Positions 19,460-28,947 of a stretch of DNA of 64,000 bases are shown piece by piece; positions within the stretch are counted from its first letter, which is position 1; each line of letters begins with the position of its first letter. A program made the position numbers and the translations under genes. The stretch is from positions 2,907 to 66,906 of the forward strand of contig JAUMZL010000006.1 in NCBI GenBank assembly GCA_030528155.1, written 5' to 3'. The notes under the pieces were generated by a model that saw only the letters and a program-made list of their open reading frames with translations, made no database searches and was not told the origin of the DNA. Origin of the DNA: Aerococcus sp. GTDB lineage: Bacteria > Bacillota > Bacilli > Lactobacillales > Aerococcaceae.

Positions 19460-19510
19460 GACCATGCTCCTCGTTTGACGATTCACCAACGTTTTACGCA
19501 GAGCGTGGCG
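19460..19510 (+). ncRNA. Probable S15 autoregulatory leader
   Basis: CCATGCTC/GAGCGTGG closing stem enclosing GACGATTCACCAAC, in the rpsO 5' UTR; Firmicute rpsO genes carry such leaders. Confidence 0.5.
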
Positions 19511-19536
19511 CAAAATAAACGAAAGGTGGAATAATC

Positions 19537-19806
19537 ATGGCATTATCATTAGAAGAAAAAGCAGCAATTATTGAAAAATATGCGCAACACGAAGGTGACA
19601 CAGGTTCTCCTGAAGTTCAGATCGCATTGTTGACCGCAGACATCAATAAATTGAATGACCATGCAAAGACGCATAAGAAGGATTTCCATTCTTACCGTGG
19701 CTTGATGAAGAAAATCGGTCACCGTCGTAACTTGTTAGCTTACTTGCGTAACAAAGACGTGACGCGTTACCGCAACTTGATCCAAAGCTTAGGTTTGCGC
19801 CGTTAA
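19537..19806 (+). CDS. rpsO: 30S ribosomal protein S15
   Basis: [41 protein letters not shown]. Confidence 0.98.
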   Translation: MALSLEEKAAIIEKYAQHEGDTGSPEVQIALLTADINKLNDHAKTHKKDFHSYRGLMKKIGHRRNLLAYLRNKDVTRYRNLIQSLGLRR

Positions 19807-19825
19807 TAGCAGGGAAAGTATTAAT

Positions 19826-19854
19826 GAGGTTGGCGTTCGTCAACCTCTTCTTTT
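19826..19854 (+). terminator. rpsO terminator
   Basis: GAGGTTG/CAACCTC stem followed by TTCTTTT. Confidence 0.65.
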
Positions 19855-19998
19855 GTATTTATGGGTAAAATCGAGCAGGAGACTCGATCAAATATTGGCG
19901 AGCGCATTACTACTCAACGCTATGCGAAAAAATCGTTTTTCTTGTAGCATTGAATAGTAAGCCCGCTTGTCCAAAAAAAGCAGAAAGAAGGAGACACA

Positions 19999-22122
19999 TT
20001 GACGGAAGAAAAGAAAGTCTACAAGATGAATTGGGCGGGGCGTTTGCTCCAAGTAGAAATTGGTCAGGTTGCGAAACAAGCGACATCCGCCGTCCTCGTA
20101 CGCTACGGGGATACAGTCGTATTGACCGCTGTTGTAGGGGCGAAGGAAGCTGTGGAAGGACAAGATTTCTTCCCATTACAGGTCAATTACGAAGAAAAAA
20201 TGTATGCCGTGGGTAAAATCCCGGGTGGCTTTATCAAACGGGAAGGCCGTCCCAGCGAACATGCGACTTTGACAGCACGTCTGATCGACCGTCCGATTCG
20301 TCCAATGTTCCCAGAAGGCTACCGCAATGAAGTTCAAGTCATCAATACCGTGATGTCTGCTGACAATGACTGTTCTTCCGAAATGGCGGCCATGTTAGGG
20401 TCTTCTTTGGCCTTGGCGATTTCACCAATCCCATTCGATGGCCCAATTGCTGGGGTTAACGTGGGACGTGTCAACGGTGAATTTGTGATCAACCCAACCG
20501 TTGCTCAACAAGAACAGTCTGATTTGGAATTGACAGTGGCTGGGACGAAGACGGCCATCAACATGGTAGAGAGTTCTGCGGCTGAACTGAGCGAAGACGA
20601 CATGTTAGCAGCGTTGATGTTCGGACATGCTAACATTCGCGAACTCTGCTACTTCCAGGAACAAATTCGCGCAGAAATCGGCCAAGAAAAATGGGATTAC
20701 GATACCAATGCGGCGCCAGCCGATCTCGTGGCTGATGCTACCACACAATATCATCAAAAAATGGTTGAGGCGATCAAGACCTTCGATAAGCTGGAACGTG
20801 AAGAAAACGTACAAGCGGTAAAAGACGAAATGATTGCGCAATATGACGAACGTTTCGCTGAAGCCGAAGACTTCGATCGCTTGCATGCGCAAGTCGCTCA
20901 TCTTGCTGATGAATTGGAATACAACGAAGTACGTCGTTTAATTACTGATGATAAGGTGCGTCCAGACGGCCGTAAAATCGATGAAATCCGCCCACTCAGT
21001 TCAGAAGTCGGGCTCTTGCCACGCGTTCACGGTTCCGGGTTATTCACGCGGGGACAAACGCAGGTATTGTCAGCCTGCACCTTGGCACCAATGTCAGAAG
21101 AACAACGCCTCGATGGGTTGACACCGGACACTGAACGGCGCTTCATCCATCATTACAATTTCCCTCAATATTCTGTAGGGGCAAATGGGCGTTACGGTTC
21201 ACCAGGCCGTCGTGAAATTGGACACGGTGCATTAGGATACCGGGCATTGAGCCGTGTGATTCCAGACGAAGCCGACTTCCCATACACCATTCGTTTGGTG
21301 GCTGAGGTATTGGAATCCAATGGGTCCTCCTCACAGGCTTCAATCTGCGCAGGGACGTTGGCATTGATGGATGCGGGTGTGCCAATCAAGGCGCCGGTAG
21401 CCGGGATTGCGATGGGCCTCATTCAAAACCAAGAAGCACCGGAACAATACACCATCTTGACGGATATCCAGGGGTTGGAAGACCACCTTGGCGACATGGA
21501 CTTCAAGGTTGCTGGGACACGCGAGGGGATTACGGCTCTCCAGATGGATATCAAGATCAAGGGTATCACCGAAGAAATCTTACGCGAATCACTCGCTCAA
21601 GCGAAGAAAGCGCGCTTTGAATTGTTGGATCACCTCCACGGCACACTCGCAGAACCACGGGAAACCTTGAGCCAATATGCACCGAAGATCAAGATGATCA
21701 AGATTGATCCCGATATGATCAAAGTGGTGATTGGTAAGGGTGGGGAAACCATCAACAAGATCATCGATGAAACGGGTGTTAAGATTGACATTGATGATGA
21801 AGGGAACACCAGTGTCTACTCGGATGACGAAGCGGCAATTCAGCGGGCAATCGCCATCATTGAAGAATTAACGTTCCAAGTCGAAGTAGGTCAAGTTTAT
21901 GAAGGAACCGTCACCCGCATTGAAAAATTTGGGGCGTTCGTGGAAATCTCTAAGGGGCAATCCGGTTTGGTTCACATTTCGGAATTGCAACATAAACGGA
22001 CGAATGAAGTGGAAGATGTGGTTAGCCTCGGCGACAAAGTGAAGGTTAAAGTTATTGAAATTGATAACCGTGGCCGCATCAACCTATCGATGAAAGCTAT
22101 CTCCGATCCTAAAGCCGAATAG
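19999..22122 (+). CDS. pnp: Polyribonucleotide nucleotidyltransferase
   Basis: [38 protein letters not shown] and S1 domains; TTG start with AAGGAG. Confidence 0.98.
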   Translation: MTEEKKVYKMNWAGRLLQVEIGQVAKQATSAVLVRYGDTVVLTAVVGAKEAVEGQDFFPLQVNYEEKMYAVGKIPGGFIKREGRPSEHATLTARLIDRPIRPMFPEGYRNEVQVINTVMSADNDCSSEMAAMLGSSLALAISPIPFDGPIAGVNVGRVNGEFVINPTVAQQEQSDLELTVAGTKTAINMVESSAAELSEDDMLAALMFGHANIRELCYFQEQIRAEIGQEKWDYDTNAAPADLVADATTQYHQKMVEAIKTFDKLEREENVQAVKDEMIAQYDERFAEAEDFDRLHAQVAHLADELEYNEVRRLITDDKVRPDGRKIDEIRPLSSEVGLLPRVHGSGLFTRGQTQVLSACTLAPMSEEQRLDGLTPDTERRFIHHYNFPQYSVGANGRYGSPGRREIGHGALGYRALSRVIPDEADFPYTIRLVAEVLESNGSSSQASICAGTLALMDAGVPIKAPVAGIAMGLIQNQEAPEQYTILTDIQGLEDHLGDMDFKVAGTREGITALQMDIKIKGITEEILRESLAQAKKARFELLDHLHGTLAEPRETLSQYAPKIKMIKIDPDMIKVVIGKGGETINKIIDETGVKIDIDDEGNTSVYSDDEAAIQRAIAIIEELTFQVEVGQVYEGTVTRIEKFGAFVEISKGQSGLVHISELQHKRTNEVEDVVSLGDKVKVKVIEIDNRGRINLSMKAISDPKAE

Positions 22123-22146
22123 AAATAAATCATAAGGATAGAAATA

Positions 22147-22182
22147 AAACGGGCGTCTCTCCAGGGGAGGGGCGCCCGTTTC
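22147..22182. terminator. Bidirectional terminator after pnp
   Basis: AAACGGGCGTC/GGCGCCCGTTT. Confidence 0.75.
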
Positions 22183-22195
22183 ATGTGCATTGTTA

Positions 22196-22441
22196 TTACT
22201 TATTCTTACGGTCTAAACGTTTTTTAGCAGCAACGGCGACAAGAGCTAGGATGAGAATCACTAGTGTTGTTGAGAAGCGACTGAAATCGAGAAAGCCTTG
22301 CATTTGGTATTGGATGGCCATACCGATCGCATTGGCGAAAATGAGGATCGTAATGATAGCTAGATAGGGATGGCGATTAGCGATTGCATTCGCTTTTGCC
22401 CCGATCTGTTTGAGTTTGGCTTTAAAGGCAGGTTTAGTCAC
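22196..22441 (-). CDS. Small 2-TM hypothetical membrane protein (81 aa, GTG start)
   Basis: AAAGGAG RBS 7 nt before GTG; TTGACT(22502-22497)-17-TACATT(22479-22474) promoter; two hydrophobic segments and basic termini. Confidence 0.7.
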   Translation of the reverse strand: MTKPAFKAKLKQIGAKANAIANRHPYLAIITILIFANAIGMAIQYQMQGFLDFSRFSTTLVILILALVAVAAKKRLDRKNK

Positions 22442-22571
22442 ACTGGGTCTCCTTTCATAGGGAATCATCATACAATGTAAGGGATTACGTGCCTAAAGTC
22501 AACCGTGGGGCGGAGGATATTGATCAAGACTAGGCGAAGAATGACGGACAAGTAAAATTTTTACATGAAGT

Positions 22572-22600
22572 TTGAGGTAAGGGGCGTTATTTGCTAGAAT
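22572..22600 (+). promoter_or_regulatory. SigA promoter upstream of rnjB
   Basis: TTGAGG-17-TAGAAT with TG extension. Confidence 0.6.
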
Positions 22601-22842
22601 AGACCTAACGATTAGCGGTACGGGGCGAATGAACGCCGTGCCATTGATTCAGTACAACCAGGATTCCTCGCGTGATGAATGGGTTTCAGCGGGTAGCGAT
22701 AAACTACGCGCCGCTAGCAGGAATAGCGCAACAATGGCAAAGAGATAGGTGCTAAGAAAACACCTACGCGCCATTATTAACAGGTGCGCGTTCGTGCAGC
22801 AGTAACAGTCAGTTATGAGGAAAAGCAGAAAGGAAGGCTCAA

Positions 22843-24540
22843 ATGAGCGATATTAAATTGATTTCGCTCGGTGGTGTCCGTGAAGACGGCAAGAATATGT
22901 ACGTGGTAGAAGTCAATGACACCTTGTACATTTTGGACTGCGGTTTGATTTACCCACCGGATGAAATGCTCGGGATTGATGTCATGATCCCTGATTTTAC
23001 TTATTTAAAGGAACATGAAGACCAGATTGCTGGTGTTTTTTTGACGCATGAGCATGCGGATGCGATCGGGGCGTTGCCGTATTTACTGCGGGAGATTGAA
23101 GTGCCTGTCTTTGGGACGGAATTAACGATCAGCCTCGCCAAATTGGAATGCAACCGTCTTGGTGTCAAGAACTACAAAGACTTCTACGTGATCGATGAAT
23201 CGAATGAAATTGAATTTGATGATGTCACGGTGAAATTCTTCAACACGACCCACTCTGTGCCGGAATCAGTTGGGATTTCGATTGTGACAGACGAAGGGGC
23301 TATTGTGTACACGGGTGACTTCAAGTTTGATATGACCGTGGGCGCAGATTACCAAACCGACTTTAAGCGGATCAATGAAATTGCGAATGACGGTGTGTTG
23401 GCGTTGTTGAGTGAATCGCAACAAGCTGAAAGCCCGATCAGCAATGCGCCTGAAATTGAATTGGAACAGGCCATCATGGCAGAATTCCAAAAAGCAGCAG
23501 GGCGGGTGATCGTTGCTGCGACCGAAAGCAATATTTTGCGGATCCAACAGATCATCGATGTTGCGCATCGTGTGCATCGTCACATCTTCCTCTCTGGCGA
23601 TGATGTGGAAAAAATCATTGATGTGGCTATTCGCTACAATAAATTAACCATTCCATCCAAAGATCTCTTTAAGCAAATGGATGAGTTAGGTAAATATAAG
23701 GATCATGAAATCGTAATTTTGGAAACAGGGACGACGGCTGAACCATTGATGGCTTTGCAGAAGATGGCGCAAAATCAACATGGCACTCTGAACATTCAGG
23801 ATGGCGATATGGTTATGTTAGCTACGACGCCGAGTGCCGGGATGGAAACGATTGTCGCTGACACGAAGGATATTGTGTACCGTGCCGGGGGACGCACCGT
23901 TGACCTGTACGAAGAATACCACTCCAGCGGCCACGCGACACCGAAAGACCTGCAGTTGATGATTCAGCTGATGCGTCCACAGTATGTTTTCCCTGTATCA
24001 GGTGAATATCGCTTGATGCATGCCCATCGCAAATTAGCGTTGGACTGTGGGATTCCAGATGAACGCATTTACCTCATGGACAAAGGCGACGTCTTGCACT
24101 ACCAAGATGGGACCATGTACTTGATGGCGAGCGTACCAGCAGCGAATGTCTTGATTGACGGCAGCGGAGTTGGCGATATTGGCAATATTGTCCTCAAAGA
24201 CCGTCGCATTTTGTCTGAAGATGGGATTTTCGTGATCATTGCCACGATTTCACGCAACGAAGGGAAGATTCTCGCTGGGCCAGAAGTAATCTCGCGTGGG
24301 TTCGTCTTTATGAAACAGTCGACAGACATTATCGAAGGCAGCAAGGCGCTAGCCACCGACGTATTGAACGAATCCTTACAGCACCTCGATCAGTTCGATT
24401 GGAGCACGTTGAAAGGGGACATTCGCGAAGCCATCGGGAAATATCTCTATCAAGAAACCCAACGTCGCCCAATGATCTTGCCGGTGATTATGGAAGCCTC
24501 AACGCGTCGTAAAAAACGCAATTTCAAGAAAAAAAGCTAG
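22843..24540 (+). CDS. rnjB: Ribonuclease J, J2-type
   Basis: LGGVREDGKNMY, THEHADAIG (degenerate vs J1 HGHEDH), YTGDFKFD, HSSGHA, GPEVISRGFV. Confidence 0.85.
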   Translation: MSDIKLISLGGVREDGKNMYVVEVNDTLYILDCGLIYPPDEMLGIDVMIPDFTYLKEHEDQIAGVFLTHEHADAIGALPYLLREIEVPVFGTELTISLAKLECNRLGVKNYKDFYVIDESNEIEFDDVTVKFFNTTHSVPESVGISIVTDEGAIVYTGDFKFDMTVGADYQTDFKRINEIANDGVLALLSESQQAESPISNAPEIELEQAIMAEFQKAAGRVIVAATESNILRIQQIIDVAHRVHRHIFLSGDDVEKIIDVAIRYNKLTIPSKDLFKQMDELGKYKDHEIVILETGTTAEPLMALQKMAQNQHGTLNIQDGDMVMLATTPSAGMETIVADTKDIVYRAGGRTVDLYEEYHSSGHATPKDLQLMIQLMRPQYVFPVSGEYRLMHAHRKLALDCGIPDERIYLMDKGDVLHYQDGTMYLMASVPAANVLIDGSGVGDIGNIVLKDRRILSEDGIFVIIATISRNEGKILAGPEVISRGFVFMKQSTDIIEGSKALATDVLNESLQHLDQFDWSTLKGDIREAIGKYLYQETQRRPMILPVIMEASTRRKKRNFKKKS

Positions 24541-24546
24541 GGAGGA

Positions 24547-25155
24547 ATGCGCATGAAAGCAGCTGACCGCATTATTACTTTCGTGGAAGGATTGTTATTA
24601 ACGGCTCTGGCCTTCCTCGTTCAATTAGTGTTTCCCCAGGTCGTTCAATCCTTTGACATCATTTTGATGATCGGGGGAGCGTTAGTGGTTCTCTACGCGC
24701 TGCGTCGTGGGGTATTGCCTGGGTTCTTCAGTGGAGCATTGTTAGGATGCGCCGCAGCGATTATGATTGAACAACCCGCTAACCATGTGCCAGAGATCAT
24801 CAGTTTGATCCTCTCGACCAGCATGTTGGGATTGGCTGGGTATTTTGCTCGGAATCTGCAACGAACCCTGCATAATCATCGGATGTTCTCGGTTTATCTT
24901 AACTTGGTGACAAGCGTCATTGTGAGTGTTTTTGCCCTGTTCTTGGTGCGTTTCGTGATTATGCAATGGTTTGATCCCGCTGTCAGTGAATCTATGAATA
25001 TGCTATTGAAGGAAAATGGGCTGAGTGCTATTGTCAATAGTCTCGTGATTCTTTTAATTTTGGTCGTGCTATTGAACACTATGACCAAAGCCTTCATTCC
25101 AAAGAACACACCGTATATCTCTAGAAAAGAGCGTTCTCGCCTATTAAATGACTAA
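24547..25155 (+). CDS. ECF-type S-component-like membrane protein (ThiT-like, divergent)
   Basis: About 6 TM segments; EG.LLTALAF and YALRRG...G patterns recall ThiT; weak. Confidence 0.45.
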   Translation: MRMKAADRIITFVEGLLLTALAFLVQLVFPQVVQSFDIILMIGGALVVLYALRRGVLPGFFSGALLGCAAAIMIEQPANHVPEIISLILSTSMLGLAGYFARNLQRTLHNHRMFSVYLNLVTSVIVSVFALFLVRFVIMQWFDPAVSESMNMLLKENGLSAIVNSLVILLILVVLLNTMTKAFIPKNTPYISRKERSRLLND

Positions 25156-25316
25156 ATGTCGTTTTGAGAGAGCGTGACAAAGCGATCTTTTCAACAAACA
25201 GTAGCTGGAGGGGGTCAGTGTGTAAAGAAAACGGCCTTTTCAAGCCCACCATGATGGTGTTGGGGGCTGATAGGACAACGGTTGTTTTCCACAGTAATGA
25301 CCCATTTTTCAAGTGA

Positions 25317-25348
25317 AAGCAGAGGTTACCCCGTAGCCTCTGCTTTTT
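25317..25348 (+). terminator. Terminator upstream of cls
   Basis: AAGCAGAGG/CCTCTGCTT followed by a T-run. Confidence 0.7.
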
Positions 25349-25420
25349 GTATGGTATGATGCTTAAGACAATAATTAAAAATCACCATTACCCGCAGAAG
25401 GGTTAGACTGTGAGGAAGAT

Positions 25421-26875
25421 ATGAATGATATCTTAACCTTTATTATTTTTGTAAATACGGTGCTAGCCATCATTACGGTTTTCCGTCAAGAACGACCAGT
25501 ATCTACAGTCTGGGCGTGGCTACTCGTGCTGTTGCTTTTGCCAGTTGTTGGTTTCGTGGTGTACTTCTTCGTTGGACGGCGGATCTCCAACCACCGCATC
25601 TTTCAATTGGATGAACGGGAAGCTATGGGGATGACGGATCTGATTGAAGAATATGTCGATGATGATGGGCACCAGCGCACTATGGAGAAATATCCCGGGC
25701 GTCAACGTCAATTGATGACGCTATTGTATCGCAGCAATTTTTCTATTCTAACAGAGCGCAATGACTATACGCTCTATACGGATGGACGCGACAAGATGAA
25801 CGCGCTGCTGGATGATCTGCGTCAAGCCAAGCATCATATTAATATCCAATATTACATCTTCACTCCCGATGAGGTCGGCAATGCCATTCTGGAGGTATTG
25901 ACGGAGCGGGCACAGGCGGGCGTCCATGTGCGGTTGCTCTATGATGCAGTCGGCAGTCGGCGTTTGAGTAGACGTCAATTGAAGCCATTGTGCCAAGCGG
26001 GAGGTGAGGCGATTTCGTTCTTCGGTTATTCGCATTGGGTGCAGAATCTCCGGGCAAACTTCCGCAATCACCGTAAAACAGTGATCATCGATGGGAAGGT
26101 GGGTTACGTCGGTGGGTTCAATGTCGCCAAGGAATACATTGGCAAAGGGCCACTGGGATACTGGCGCGATACGCACATGCGTGTGACGGGTGAAGCAGTG
26201 CAGGCGATTCAGAGTCGTTTTATCGTGGATTGGTGTGCGAGTGCGCATATTCACTATGAAGCGTTTCTGAAACAATTTCCTAATGATACTACCCATGATT
26301 ATTTCCCACGTGTAAAAATTAACCACAACACCCCTATGCAGATTGTGTCGAGTGGTCCGGAAGATGACACCGATCAGATCAAGATGGGGTATCTAAAGAT
26401 GATTACAATGGCGCGCCATTCCTTGACGCTGCAAACGCCATATTTCATTCCGGACGAATCCGCATTTGAAGCCTTGCAACAAGCGGCAATGTCTGGTGTC
26501 GATGTGAAAATCATGGTGCCGTCAAAACCTGATCATCCTTTTGTCTATCGGGCAACGGAATATTACTGTCAGCAAGCGCTGAAATTCAGAATCAAAGTCT
26601 ACCGCTATGATAAGGGATTCCTGCATGCGAAAGTATTAACGGTGGATGACGAGGTGACGAGTTTAGGAACCGCTAATTTCGATGTGCGCAGTTTCCGCTT
26701 AAACTTCGAGGTGAATGCCTTCGTTTATGACAGTGAATTTACTCATGAGATCAGGCGCGCCTTTGATGCGGACTTGCAGAACTGTACCGTGATGGACGAG
26801 GCCTATTTTGCTGCGCAATCCCGCTTCTTACATTTCCGCCAATTGATGTCGCGATTGTTAGGACCATTATTATAA
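25421..26875 (+). CDS. cls: Cardiolipin synthase
   Basis: Two N-terminal TMs (WAWLLVLL); two HKD motifs NHRKTVIIDG and LHAKVLTVDD. Confidence 0.95.
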   Translation: MNDILTFIIFVNTVLAIITVFRQERPVSTVWAWLLVLLLLPVVGFVVYFFVGRRISNHRIFQLDEREAMGMTDLIEEYVDDDGHQRTMEKYPGRQRQLMTLLYRSNFSILTERNDYTLYTDGRDKMNALLDDLRQAKHHINIQYYIFTPDEVGNAILEVLTERAQAGVHVRLLYDAVGSRRLSRRQLKPLCQAGGEAISFFGYSHWVQNLRANFRNHRKTVIIDGKVGYVGGFNVAKEYIGKGPLGYWRDTHMRVTGEAVQAIQSRFIVDWCASAHIHYEAFLKQFPNDTTHDYFPRVKINHNTPMQIVSSGPEDDTDQIKMGYLKMITMARHSLTLQTPYFIPDESAFEALQQAAMSGVDVKIMVPSKPDHPFVYRATEYYCQQALKFRIKVYRYDKGFLHAKVLTVDDEVTSLGTANFDVRSFRLNFEVNAFVYDSEFTHEIRRAFDADLQNCTVMDEAYFAAQSRFLHFRQLMSRLLGPLL

Positions 26876-26885
26876 TCATAATCAC

Positions 26886-26960
26886 AAAAAAACCATCGCT
26901 AGCTTTAGGGGGGAGGTTCGAGCGTGAGCCGAATCATTTAGGGAGCTAGGGATGGTTTTT
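26886..26960. terminator. Bidirectional long-loop terminator
   Basis: AAAAACCATC.CTAGCT / AGCTAG.GATGGTTTTT with an inner hairpin. Confidence 0.7.
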
Positions 26961-27216
26961 AACACGTTAAGGCGTAGATTGGGAATAGGCGCTGATCATA
27001 GGGAAATAATAAAAATAAATAGCGATGAAAAAGGGATTTTCCGAGTTACGCGTCGGCTGAGCCCGTTCTCTTCAGCGGTGATCGGTGCAAAACAAGTCTG
27101 TGACTTGGCAGTTGATGTAAAGGGCTTCATAGGCCATTGTCGTGTTTATTAGTGATGGTGCTATGAGATCCCCGTGATTGACGGAGGTTAGTGTCTGCTA
27201 AAACTGAACGTTAGAT

Positions 27217-27555
27217 TTAATCCTCCAAGGGTTCCAGTGTTAGAATAGAGGCATAAGGAATCAAACGCTGAATTTGGTTATCGACATCGTTGAAAACGAG
27301 AGTTTCCTGGGCTAGATTGTCGGTTTGGAAATACCCCAATAGGCGATCACGCGTGACAGTATGCCCCATTTGGCGACTGACGGTGAGTGCCATCAGTTGA
27401 TGATGTTTGTGGTAGTAACGGATCGCTTGATGGAGATCTGCTGGTGTTGCTAGTGTCTCTGGTGGTGTGGTAAGCGTGGGAACAGCAACTGTTTTGACCT
27501 GTTTAGAGATGAGTCGTGGGAACCACGTCACTAAGGATGAAGTTGGATTTTGCAT
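27217..27555 (-). CDS. SOS-regulated hypothetical protein (112 aa), possibly YolD-like
   Basis: AGGAGG RBS; perfect promoter with two LexA boxes upstream. Confidence 0.75.
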   Translation of the reverse strand: MQNPTSSLVTWFPRLISKQVKTVAVPTLTTPPETLATPADLHQAIRYYHKHHQLMALTVSRQMGHTVTRDRLLGYFQTDNLAQETLVFNDVDNQIQRLIPYASILTLEPLED

Positions 27556-27611
27556 AGTGAGAGCCTCCTAAATTAAGCGCTGATTAAAGTTGCGCGTCAT
27601 TTTTATTTGTG

Positions 27612-27668
27612 GGAACACGTGTTCTTAATTGATGTTCTTAGTTTAGCGAACAGGTGTTCTTATGTCAA
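27612..27668 (-). promoter_or_regulatory. SigA promoter with two LexA (Cheo) boxes
   Basis: TTGACA(27668-27663)-17-TAAACT(27645-27640); GAAC-N4-GTTC boxes at 27612-27625 and 27647-27660. Confidence 0.9.
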
Positions 27669-27792
27669 GCAATTTTATCCCAAAAACCTTTTTGGGTAAA
27701 CCCGTAGGAATGAGCGAAGAATGGTTCACATTGTGCGATTTTGTGGTATGATAGTAATCACATTATTGAGTGAAACGGATGAAAGGTGTTCT

Positions 27793-28419
27793 ATGAAATC
27801 GAAAGGCTTACTAGTGGTGCTTTCTGGTCCTTCCGGCGTGGGAAAGGGGACCGTCAGAAAAGCACTCTTTGAAACAAAAGAAGGGCAGGATCAATTCTTG
27901 TATTCTGTCTCAGCGACTACTCGCCAGCCCCGCAAAGGCGAAGTCGATGGCAAGGATTATTTCTTCGTCACGCGCGAGCGTTTTGAGGAGATGATTGAGC
28001 AGGAACGTTTACTGGAGTATGCTGAATATGTCGATAATTACTATGGGACACCGCTCGCTTATGTCGAGGAAATGACCAACCAGGGCAAGGATGTGTTCCT
28101 GGAAATTGAAGTTCAGGGCGCATTGCAGGTTAAACGGCGCATGCCGGATGGGGTGTTTGTCTTTCTAGCGCCACCTAACCTGCGCCAATTGGAATCGCGC
28201 TTGGTGAATCGCGGAACGGATAGTCCAGATGTGATTGCGAAACGCATGGGCAAAGCGCGCAATGAATTACAGTTGATGACGCAATATGACTATGTGGTAG
28301 AGAATGATGAAGTAGATAAAGCCGTACAACGCATTCTCACCATTATTAATGCGGAACATCTGAAGGTGGACCGTTTCATTGACGATGTCGTGGAAAATTA
28401 TTTAGGAGAGGGCGAATAG
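27793..28419 (+). CDS. gmk: Guanylate kinase
   Basis: [36 protein letters not shown]. Confidence 0.97.
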   Translation: MKSKGLLVVLSGPSGVGKGTVRKALFETKEGQDQFLYSVSATTRQPRKGEVDGKDYFFVTRERFEEMIEQERLLEYAEYVDNYYGTPLAYVEEMTNQGKDVFLEIEVQGALQVKRRMPDGVFVFLAPPNLRQLESRLVNRGTDSPDVIAKRMGKARNELQLMTQYDYVVENDEVDKAVQRILTIINAEHLKVDRFIDDVVENYLGEGE

Positions 28420-28421
28420 TC

Positions 28422-28634
28422 TTGATTATCTATCCATCGATCGATAAATTAGTTGATAAAATTAATTCCAAATACTCTATCTGCAGTATTTCGGCAAAAC
28501 GTGCCAATGACTTGCAGCGCAACCAAAATCCGATGTTGGATCATTATGAATCGCCAAAATACATCGGGCAAGCTATGGAAGAAATTGTCAGCAGTGATTT
28601 AGTCATTGACCCTGAATCATTATCTCAAAATTAA
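28422..28634 (+). CDS. rpoZ: RNA polymerase omega subunit
   Basis: YPSIDKLVDKINSKYS....AKRA; follows gmk; TTG start. Confidence 0.92.
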   Translation: MIIYPSIDKLVDKINSKYSICSISAKRANDLQRNQNPMLDHYESPKYIGQAMEEIVSSDLVIDPESLSQN

Positions 28635-28656
28635 ATTGCCGTTAATTAATGGTACT

Positions 28657-28700
28657 ACCGCTATTCTCAGTTAGGACGACTAAGGGGAATAGCGGTTTTT
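28657..28700 (+). terminator. Terminator after rpoZ
   Basis: ACCGCTATTC/GAATAGCGGT followed by a T-run. Confidence 0.75.
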
Positions 28701-28947
28701 CTATGGTAAAGGACGACAATAAGGCTTTGGGTGCCTGCTGTTTTTCTTTAGTGAGAGGGCGTCTGTAAATTTAGAGGATGAGTTATCTCAAGACACTTTT
28801 TACTAGTAAGAGTGGGGGAGACGGTGCTCCACTTGAATGATCATTTATCCCAAGCCGTTTTGTCACTAGTGAGAGGGGGCTGTTGCTTCATTGGTCGATC
28901 ATATCAGCAATGTGTATAATAACGATAGTAAGAAAGGAGGGCGTTGG

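Noticed and set aside
22607-22842. Lysine riboswitch or T-box before rnjB
   Set aside because: Fragments such as AGATAGGTGC and GATGA occur in the wrong order; no T-box GGTGG.ACC motif or terminator
26952-27152. 66-aa ORF and short minus-strand ORFs between cls and the SOS gene
   Set aside because: No RBS; start lies inside a terminator stem; no protein-like features
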